Below, in pieces: positions 17,596 to 24,513 of a stretch of DNA of 32,000 nt. Under the pieces are notes generated by a model. That model did not search any database, was not told the origin of the DNA, and worked only from the letters and a program-made list of their open reading frames with translations. The position numbers and the translations under genes are program-made. The stretch spans positions 960,001 through 992,000 of the forward strand of contig CBDCNV010000001.1 of the NCBI GenBank assembly GCA_965219535.1, read 5' to 3'. This stretch comes from Opitutales bacterium (lineage in GTDB: Bacteria > Verrucomicrobiota > Verrucomicrobiia > Opitutales > PNEW01). Position 1 is the stretch's first letter. Each line of letters opens with the position of its first letter.

Positions 17596-17743
17596 ATTCG
17601 TCTTCCTCTGCGTCCTCGTCTTCATCCCAGTTAAATTATTGAAATAATAATACAGTAATATGTTTAATATTAATCATTCCTTTAAGAAATATCTGGATAT
17701 AAGGAAAATAATGACGAAGACGATGAGGCAGACGTAGACGAAG
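17596..17743. repeat. Inverted pair of a ~30-nt purine-rich (ACGAAG hexamer-based) element flanking an AT-rich spacer, directly downstream of the Nramp-like gene stop
   Basis: Copy A at 17714-17743 is ACGAAGACGATGAGGCAGACGTAGACGAAG. The reverse complement of 17596-17626 is GATGAAGACGAGGACGCAGAGGAAGACGAAT, which matches A at 23 of 29 aligned positions by hand alignment. The 87-nt spacer is very AT-rich. Confidence 0.8.
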
Positions 17744-17744
17744 A

Positions 17745-19115
17745 TTATAATATTTTAAAAATACCATAGACGCCGATGAGAATAATCACGATGGCGCTCA
17801 GCCAGAATGCAGTATCATAGAATTTATTTGGCCTTAGTTTTTCATGGAGCCTCCAGTAACGGAAATGAAATGCCGCAAATACCACAACGAGCAAAATAAT
17901 TGATGTAGAGACCCCGCCGATAAGAACCATTAATACCGGAAGTTTTATAAAAAGAAAGAGTAGGGACCAGATAACAGGAAAGACCCACGCTAAAATGGCA
18001 ATCGTTCGTTTGCGGATTACCGGGTCATAGAAGTTTATCAGACCCATCTGGCCAAAGGTGTCAGCAAATACTCGGGTCCATGCAGCCAGTCCCGCAAAGA
18101 GGGTAGAATACAGAACAATAAATGCACCTAAGAGATAAATAGCTTTGGCATTAGCGCCTAAGGTTTCAGTGTACATTTTTGAGAGTGTTTCAACCATCGC
18201 GTATCCTTGAGGAACTTCGCTTTGCGCGTGCAGTACCGCTGCACCGAGAAGATAAAAAGCCGCGGTGACTAAGGTGTAAACGATCATCGCGAGAAGAGCG
18301 TCAATATACATTACTTTAATCCAACCTTTTGCTCTCCTTATCCATTCCTCGTTTTCTTCCCGAGGACCCGTGTAAGCGGCATACCCTTTTTCAAGACACC
18401 AATAATTGTAATACATGATTTCATCTCCACCCACCCCGGTAATACCAAAAGCCGCGATGGCGAAGACGACAGTTTCTGGAGGGAGTTTAAATTGGAGACC
18501 TTCAACGATGTTAAACCAGGATAGTGCGTAGGGAGTGTATTGGAGATAAGCTAATGAGATAAAGGTGAAGATAGTGAAGAGGCCAATCATGATAAGTGAA
18601 AATTTTTCCACAAACTGATAGTAGCCTCGAAAAATTAATAATGACACAGAGAACGCCACAATCCAGGTCCAGTAAGAGACACTGATCTGATTAAAAGCTA
18701 AGTTTAAGGTTAGAGCTACACCCCCGACAATACCGCCAACCTGCAGAACCTTGAAGATCATGAGAAACAACCAAGTGCATATTGACCAATTAACTTTGCC
18801 CAGTTTCGGGCCAGGTAGCTTGTTAAGTGAGGCCATCGTCGATTCACCCGAATTGATTGCATGCTTTCCAAATTCTAACTGAAGGGCGACTTTGACAAAA
18901 CAGCTGACTAAAATAACCCAAAAAGTGACAAACCCGGCTTTGGCACCCAGGGTAGTGGTAGCTATCAATTCGCCGGATCCTACAATGCCGGCTGATAATA
19001 TAAATCCCGGACCGAGATACTGAAATGTTCCCCTTAAAGATTGGGGAGGATCTTTAATTGTCGATTTAGACAAGAGGTAAGGATTGTCATTCTCGATGCT
19101 TGAAGATTTATCCAT
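17745..19115 (-). CDS. Nramp-related (APC/LeuT-fold) membrane transporter, divergent: canonical metal-site motifs not conserved
   Basis: The TM1 region LGPGFILSAGIVGSGELIATTTLGAKAGF aligns with MntH [28 protein letters not shown]. About 11 TM helices are present. DPGN is replaced by GSGE, and the TM6 A-x-x-MPH region is replaced by GITGVGGDEIMYY. Confidence 0.6.
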   Translation of the reverse strand: MDKSSSIENDNPYLLSKSTIKDPPQSLRGTFQYLGPGFILSAGIVGSGELIATTTLGAKAGFVTFWVILVSCFVKVALQLEFGKHAINSGESTMASLNKLPGPKLGKVNWSICTWLFLMIFKVLQVGGIVGGVALTLNLAFNQISVSYWTWIVAFSVSLLIFRGYYQFVEKFSLIMIGLFTIFTFISLAYLQYTPYALSWFNIVEGLQFKLPPETVVFAIAAFGITGVGGDEIMYYNYWCLEKGYAAYTGPREENEEWIRRAKGWIKVMYIDALLAMIVYTLVTAAFYLLGAAVLHAQSEVPQGYAMVETLSKMYTETLGANAKAIYLLGAFIVLYSTLFAGLAAWTRVFADTFGQMGLINFYDPVIRKRTIAILAWVFPVIWSLLFLFIKLPVLMVLIGGVSTSIILLVVVFAAFHFRYWRLHEKLRPNKFYDTAFWLSAIVIILIGVYGIFKIL

Positions 19116-19126
19116 ACAATAATGAG

Positions 19127-19209
19127 CGTTTTCGTCTTTCTCAAAATTAATGTAAAAAAATAGAATAATTAAATTATTTACGAAGACGAAGAAGCAGACG
19201 AAGACGAAG
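19127..19209. repeat. Second copy (B) of the 30-nt purine-rich element plus a short inverted partial arm, upstream of the Nramp-like gene start
   Basis: Copy B at 19180-19209 is ACGAAGACGAAGAAGCAGACGAAGACGAAG. It is identical to copy A (17714-17743) at 27 of 30 positions and lies in the same orientation. The partial arm at 19127-19142, CGTTTTCGTCTTTCTC, is partly complementary to it across a 37-nt AT-rich spacer. Confidence 0.8.
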
Positions 19210-19259
19210 ATCTATAACCTATCTTAGCGTACTTCATATAGGTTCCGAATCGCAAACGC

Positions 19260-19682
19260 TTAAAAGTCCACTGGTGGCTTTAGCGAACACCAAGGTTCCT
19301 CCTTACTCACATCAATCAGTGCCGGACCATCAAATTTAGCGGGTGAGAGTATAGCTAGAAATACCAGGTCCTCTTTTCCAGGATTGTATGTACCATGAAC
19401 CCTGTTGACAGGTATATGTGCCAATTCACCCGGGCCTAAAATTTGGTGCTCCCGCTCAACCCATTGTTCCGCACGCCCCTCGAGGATGTAAATGATCTCC
19501 TCCATCGCGGGATGCCGATGAAACTGATGCGCTTTGCCCGGGGGCATGTTAACACGCACGAGCAGAAGACCTTCTGCATCAGTCAACCCGGGCCGGCACA
19601 GCCAATGATGCGGGCCCCATGGCAATTGTTCTACTTGAATATCGTGATTGGAGACAAAGCTTAGTAGCTGATCATTGCTCAT
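19260..19682 (-). CDS. Cupin-domain protein (cupin_2 type), function unknown
   Basis: Cupin motif 1 is GKAHQFHRHPAMEEIIYILEG and motif 2 is GELAHIPVNRVHGTYN. Confidence 0.7.
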   Translation of the reverse strand: MSNDQLLSFVSNHDIQVEQLPWGPHHWLCRPGLTDAEGLLLVRVNMPPGKAHQFHRHPAMEEIIYILEGRAEQWVEREHQILGPGELAHIPVNRVHGTYNPGKEDLVFLAILSPAKFDGPALIDVSKEEPWCSLKPPVDF

Positions 19683-19773
19683 AGAGGCAGTATATCCCGC
19701 TCGGCCTCGTGATAGATCGATTCCGTCTCTTAAAGACTGGCGATGGTCTATGACCTGAAAATAAAGCTATTAT

Positions 19774-19971
19774 TTAGTCACCCGACGAAAAATCTCTATC
19801 CTTAACGGTTTTACGGCGATCATTGCGTGCGTTTTCGATGGCTTGGTCGCATAGACCACGAACAATACCTGACAGCGCTGATGCTGCACTTGCCGATGTG
19901 TTCATTGAGGCCTTTTCTTTAATGTATTTTTTCAGCTTCGATACAACTACCAATAGTTCAGAGTTACTCAT
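19774..19971 (-). CDS. Bacterial histone-fold protein (singlet histone with truncated alpha-3, Bd0055/HBb-like)
   Basis: The 65-aa ORF has a GGAG RBS 7 nt upstream of its ATG. By eye it aligns with archaeal HMfB. Helix 1 is ELLVVVSKLKKYIKEK, loop 1 is ASMNTS and the long helix 2 is ASAASALSGIVRGLCDQAIENARN. The L2 signature DRRKTVKDRDF corresponds to HMfB [11 protein letters not shown]. The protein ends just after this signature. Confidence 0.7.
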   Translation of the reverse strand: MSNSELLVVVSKLKKYIKEKASMNTSASAASALSGIVRGLCDQAIENARNDRRKTVKDRDFSSGD

Positions 19972-20050
19972 ATTTTGTCTCCAATTACTTTATTTATATT
20001 TTGGGTTAACAAGAACGGTTACTTTAAAACAATAGATTTTATTGCTTTCA

Positions 20051-20074
20051 CCTTTAATTCCTAGGGATTAAAGG
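20051..20074. repeat. Near-perfect 24-bp palindrome about 80-100 bp upstream of the histone-fold gene
   Basis: The sequence is CCTTTAAT-TCCTAGGG-ATTAAAGG. It has 8-bp perfectly complementary outer arms and a CCTAGG core. Confidence 0.6.
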
Positions 20075-20724
20075 CCTTCCAGTCAACCTTTGAGCATAAA
20101 ATTATTTTTCCGGTATTCTCTCTATAAATTATTTTTTTGAATTGCGAATAGCCTTGGTGAAAGAGGTAATGTTAATCTTTTTTGAAAATTATTTCATATT
20201 ATATATAGCAGTGCATGAAACCGACTGACTTAGTTCTCATCACTCAAACAACTGATGATATTTTTTTAATCAGTTGATGAATTGTATTAAAAATCGAGGA
20301 TCATCACTTTGTCTGTGATCGGGTAGTATACCCAGAATATTCGTTAATTTAGCCGTTTAAATCCTTGTTTCCCCTTTTTTAATGATAATTTATTATTAAT
20401 ATAATGAATTAAACAGTGGAATTTATCGTTCTTCCAAGGCTAGTTTAATAACGTAATTTGTCACCTGAGAACTGCCGCTGTCACAGCCGTGCGGGATGAT
20501 TCTTCCCCGCGTATGCAAAGGTTTTAAAAGCAAGTTATAATCTTTATCTGAGCGAATGTCTTCGTCCCCAGTTGATTTTTTCGAAATGTAGAACCCGCTA
20601 TATTTAAAAAAATATATTAATTGTTTACAGAATAAAGGGGTATTAGGTTAAAAAAGTCGCAGATGATGGGGTAGATATAGACGAATGTTTATTGCATGAA
20701 AAAATCTGCAAGCGATGGATTAAA

Positions 20725-21756
20725 TTATTCTTTCCATTTAAAAATCACACCGAGCATTGATTTTTCTCGATGGTAAGCCATCTCATAGGCTTTGACTAAT
20801 TCAGTATAATTAAAGCGATGAGTAATTAGACGTTTGGGTTCGAGAAGACCGTCGGCCATTAATGAAAGCATATGTGAACAAGCTCGATCCGCGGATAATC
20901 TTTCAATGTCAAGATCACGTTGATCGCTCTCATTTGGGAACATATATCCGGCAGGTCCAGAGACAGCGATTAACGATACACCTTTAAAATAAAATAACTC
21001 CGTGGGTAGCGGGTTACCTTCGAGGGGAGGTTCTCCCCGTCCGAGAAGGCTGACATTCGCTATACGACCGTTTGGACGAACGACATCCAAAGCAGTTCTC
21101 AATGCCGGCCATGGATTAGCTGCAAGTATGACCAGATCAATTCCGTTGCCATCCGTAAACGCATCCAGTTTTTCTTTTAGATTGGGATCATCTGATAAGA
21201 GAGAGGCGTGAGCGCCCATTCGATCAGCCATCTCCATTCGAGTAGAGCTGTTGCCTAAAGCCACGACCCGTCCACCAAAGAGGGGGCATAGAGCAACTGC
21301 TCCCAGGCCGAGAACACCTAAACCAATAACCGCTATGTATTCTCCCGGGTGAAATTGACCTTTTTGATAACAATGCGCGCTAAGTCCATAGAGATGGGCA
21401 TAAACCGCATCTTCGGAATGAACAGCGGCAGGAACTTTAACGATACTTGCCCCCTGGTTGGTTATATACTCCGATTGATGGTGTTGTCGGGTTACGACGC
21501 GATCGCCGATTTGAAAACGGGTAACCGCGCTTCCCAATCCACGAACAATACCCAAGTTACTGTCACCGACTGATCGAGGATACATCGCAACACCCGGAGT
21601 ATATTCCGCCCCTTCGTAATTTCCACGATCGGTCCCAATTTTAAAAGCGCTGATTTCTGTTTCAATCCAGAGTTCGTCTGGCTTTAAATTGCTTGTGTCG
21701 AGATTATGCTCTTCCAAGTGTAAATCACGGGGGCCGCGCAAAATAGCAATTTTCAG
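20725..21756 (-). CDS. Medium-chain dehydrogenase/reductase (MDR, zinc-type alcohol dehydrogenase-like) family oxidoreductase; start codon uncertain (TTG 21741 or non-canonical CTG 21756)
   Basis: It has the Rossmann motif VIGLGVLGLGAVA and MDR-like N-terminal GroES-fold cues (RGPRDLHLEE, FQIGDRVV). The in-frame sequence upstream of the TTG reads ...LKIAIL-RGPRDL, matching the usual MKxxVLxGPxDL N-terminus. An in-frame TAA lies at 21781-21783. Confidence 0.7.
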   Translation of the reverse strand: MKIAILRGPRDLHLEEHNLDTSNLKPDELWIETEISAFKIGTDRGNYEGAEYTPGVAMYPRSVGDSNLGIVRGLGSAVTRFQIGDRVVTRQHHQSEYITNQGASIVKVPAAVHSEDAVYAHLYGLSAHCYQKGQFHPGEYIAVIGLGVLGLGAVALCPLFGGRVVALGNSSTRMEMADRMGAHASLLSDDPNLKEKLDAFTDGNGIDLVILAANPWPALRTALDVVRPNGRIANVSLLGRGEPPLEGNPLPTELFYFKGVSLIAVSGPAGYMFPNESDQRDLDIERLSADRACSHMLSLMADGLLEPKRLITHRFNYTELVKAYEMAYHREKSMLGVIFKWKE

Positions 21757-21825
21757 AATGGTGTCTTCAAGCGTTTGAAATTAAATGAAATATTAATTGA
21801 AAAGTAAAGGGGATCGGTTCTGTTT

Positions 21826-24411
21826 CTATGACTGATTTTTTGATCGAATTACTTTTATTCTGCTTTTCATCACCTTCATTTCTTGCTTGTTGCCCAGAGC
21901 CTTGGTGAGGTTGACCATCAACTCCAAAGTGGGAAGTAGGTTAATGTTTTCATTCCCAAAAAAATTTTCTTTAATAAGCAAAGACCGATTGAGAAAGTCT
22001 ATGGCTTTATTATAATTTTCTTTCATATAATACATCTCAGCCATTTTGTATAATGATTCTCCCGTTTCGGGATGGTTGGGACCTAGAGCTTTTTCAATGC
22101 TCGCCAATACCTGTTTATTAAACTGTTCAGCTTTAGGATATTTTTCTTCAATCGTATAGAGATCTGCAAGGGCACGCTGGATTAATGCCACTTGTGGATG
22201 ATCTGGCCCGAAAGCAATAACTGCAATTTCCATGGCTTGTTTGTAAAGTCGTTCCGCTTTTATAGCGTTATTCTGAAGTTTATAAAGATCAGCCAGATTG
22301 ATCTGTGATAAAGCAACCTGCACGTGATCGACCCCCAGTGCCTTTTCTAAAATTGAAAGTGAACGTAGATATAGAGGTTCCGCTTCAGCGTACTTACCTT
22401 CAGCAGTTAAATGTTCCGCTAAATCGTTAAGTGACTTAGCAACAAAAGGATAATTGGCACTCTGAGACTTTTCTCTGAGCGTATGGACCCGATTATAAGC
22501 AGTTTCTGCTTCAGCATATCTACCTTGAAGTGAATAGATAACGGCCAAGTGATTAACAATTGAACCCACTTCGAGGATATCAGAATTATTCACTTTCTCA
22601 GCAATTTCGAGGGCGTAGTTAAATAGGTTTTCAGCCTCTTTATAATTACCGGTAATCTGGTAGAGGTCAGCTAACTCATATAAGGTTTTCCCAAGCTCAG
22701 GATGGTCAGGCCTTAATGTTTGTTTTTCTATTGCGAGCGTTCGTTGGAACAATAACTCAGCTTGTTGGAAAATATCCTGGCTTTTATAAAGTATAGCGAG
22801 GCGTTTCAGAATCTGGCCAAATTGAGGATGGTTGGGCCCATAAATGGCTTCCATAATTTTCAGCACCTGATTATAGAGCGGTTCAGCTTTGGAATAATTG
22901 CCATGTGTGGAATAAAACTCGGCAAGTTTAAACAGTGAATCCGCTATTTTTGGATTCTCATTTTGATAGATTTTTTTACTTACTTCCAAAGCCTGTAGAT
23001 AAAGATTTTCCGCAATTTCAATATTCCCCCGCGCATCATTTAACGCAGCTAAATGACTGAGAGATTTCACGACCAAGGGGTGATTTGGCCCATAGGCTTT
23101 TTCCCTGATTTCCAATGAACGTTTAAATAATAGTTCTGCTTCTTCATACTTTTCCTGCATCAGTAAAACAATAGCCAAATTGTCCAGAGAGAGGGAAACT
23201 TGCGGATGAAAAAGCCCAAGTGATTTTTCTAGTATTTCCAGTGAGCGTTGAAAAATAAGTTCAGAAGAAGTGAACTTGGCTTGAGATAAATATAGGTCGC
23301 CTAATTTATTCAGATAAATTACGCAATCCGGATGTTCCGCGCCATAGGTATTTTCAATTATTGACAACCCCCGCTTTAACTGAGGTTCAGCTTTATCGTA
23401 TTTGCCTTCAGTAGAATAAAGGGCAGCTATATTTTTTAAAAAAGTAGCAACCGTTGGATGATCCGGTCCAAGTTTTGTTTCAAGAATTGTGAGCGCACGC
23501 AAATATAACTTTTCCGCTTCTTCATACTTACCCTGTAATTTATAAAGATCGGCTAAATTATTTAAAGAAGCCCCTACCTCGGGATGGCTGGAACCCAATG
23601 TTTTCTCTCTAATATCCAACGCACGCTGATGAAGATGCTCGGCTTCACGATACTCACCCTGGACTTTATAAAGTTCACCTAAATTGTTGAGAGATTGGGC
23701 GACTTCAGGATGCACGGCGCCCATTGTTTTCTCCCTAATCGCTAAGGCCTTCATGAATAAAGGTTCCGCTTCAATATATTTTCTCTGATAAAAATATATT
23801 CCCGCAAGATTGTTTAGCGATGTGGCTAACTTCGGGTGTTCTGGACCCATCGTCACTTCCTCTATCTTTAAGGAGCGTAAAAAAAGAGGTACAGCTGCGG
23901 TAAAATTACCTTGTGCTTTATAAAGTTCAGCCAGGTTATTAAGTGATTGGCCGATATCAGGGTGATTGGGTTCATGAGTGTTTTCTCTAATTTCCAAAGC
24001 ACGCTTGAAGAGAGGTTCGGCCTTAGAATAATTTTTTTGAATTCTGTAAAGTTCTCCTAAATTATTCATAGATTGCGCGACAAAGGGATGATCCGGGCCC
24101 AGTGTTATTTCACGCATACGAAGCGCTTGCTTGTAGAAATTCTCTGATTCCTTATTTTTCCCTATAGAAAAATAAAAGACCCCAAGGTTATTGAGGGCAG
24201 TAGCCACTTTTGGGTGCTCGGGCCCAAATGTTTCCTTTGCTACTTTGAGCACTTCCTTGGTGACTTTTATCGCCTCCAAAGATTGTCCATCCTGGTATAG
24301 AGCCACCGCTTGTGAATTTAGCTGTTCCCACAATGCCTCCTGGGCAATGGAGGGTGATGAAAACAATAATAGCAGTCCAATAAATATTACCTTAATAGCT
24401 AGCGTCTTCAT
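21826..24411 (-). CDS. Exported tetratricopeptide-repeat protein (TPR_12 / kinesin-light-chain-like), 19 tandem 42-residue units
   Basis: The signal peptide is MKTLAIKVIFIGLLLLFSSPSIAQEA. It is followed by 19 consecutive units of the form NNLAxLYxxQGKYxEAEPLYxRALxIxEKxLGPxHPxVAxSL. No other domain is recognisable. Confidence 0.9.
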   Translation of the reverse strand: MKTLAIKVIFIGLLLLFSSPSIAQEALWEQLNSQAVALYQDGQSLEAIKVTKEVLKVAKETFGPEHPKVATALNNLGVFYFSIGKNKESENFYKQALRMREITLGPDHPFVAQSMNNLGELYRIQKNYSKAEPLFKRALEIRENTHEPNHPDIGQSLNNLAELYKAQGNFTAAVPLFLRSLKIEEVTMGPEHPKLATSLNNLAGIYFYQRKYIEAEPLFMKALAIREKTMGAVHPEVAQSLNNLGELYKVQGEYREAEHLHQRALDIREKTLGSSHPEVGASLNNLADLYKLQGKYEEAEKLYLRALTILETKLGPDHPTVATFLKNIAALYSTEGKYDKAEPQLKRGLSIIENTYGAEHPDCVIYLNKLGDLYLSQAKFTSSELIFQRSLEILEKSLGLFHPQVSLSLDNLAIVLLMQEKYEEAELLFKRSLEIREKAYGPNHPLVVKSLSHLAALNDARGNIEIAENLYLQALEVSKKIYQNENPKIADSLFKLAEFYSTHGNYSKAEPLYNQVLKIMEAIYGPNHPQFGQILKRLAILYKSQDIFQQAELLFQRTLAIEKQTLRPDHPELGKTLYELADLYQITGNYKEAENLFNYALEIAEKVNNSDILEVGSIVNHLAVIYSLQGRYAEAETAYNRVHTLREKSQSANYPFVAKSLNDLAEHLTAEGKYAEAEPLYLRSLSILEKALGVDHVQVALSQINLADLYKLQNNAIKAERLYKQAMEIAVIAFGPDHPQVALIQRALADLYTIEEKYPKAEQFNKQVLASIEKALGPNHPETGESLYKMAEMYYMKENYNKAIDFLNRSLLIKENFFGNENINLLPTLELMVNLTKALGNKQEMKVMKSRIKVIRSKNQS

Positions 24412-24470
24412 GGATTGCTCGATACATTATTGGCTAAATTTCAGGGTGGAAAACAAAAAAAGTCTCCCCA

Positions 24471-24504
24471 TAAGTAAATATCATTTAGTCATGATGTTTA
24501 CTTA
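24471..24504. repeat. Inverted repeat (14-bp arms, 1 mismatch, 6-nt spacer) between the amidohydrolase stop and the TPR gene start
   Basis: The sequence is TAAGTAAATATCAT-TTAGTC-ATGATGTTTACTTA. On the minus strand a T-run (TTTTTTTGTTTT) follows about 10 nt later. It could be a weak terminator or an operator. Confidence 0.5.
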
Positions 24505-24513
24505 AATGATTAA

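Noticed and set aside
24191-24505. 104-aa + strand ORF over the TPR gene 5' end
   Set aside because: It is antisense to the TPR signal peptide and first repeats, with no support.
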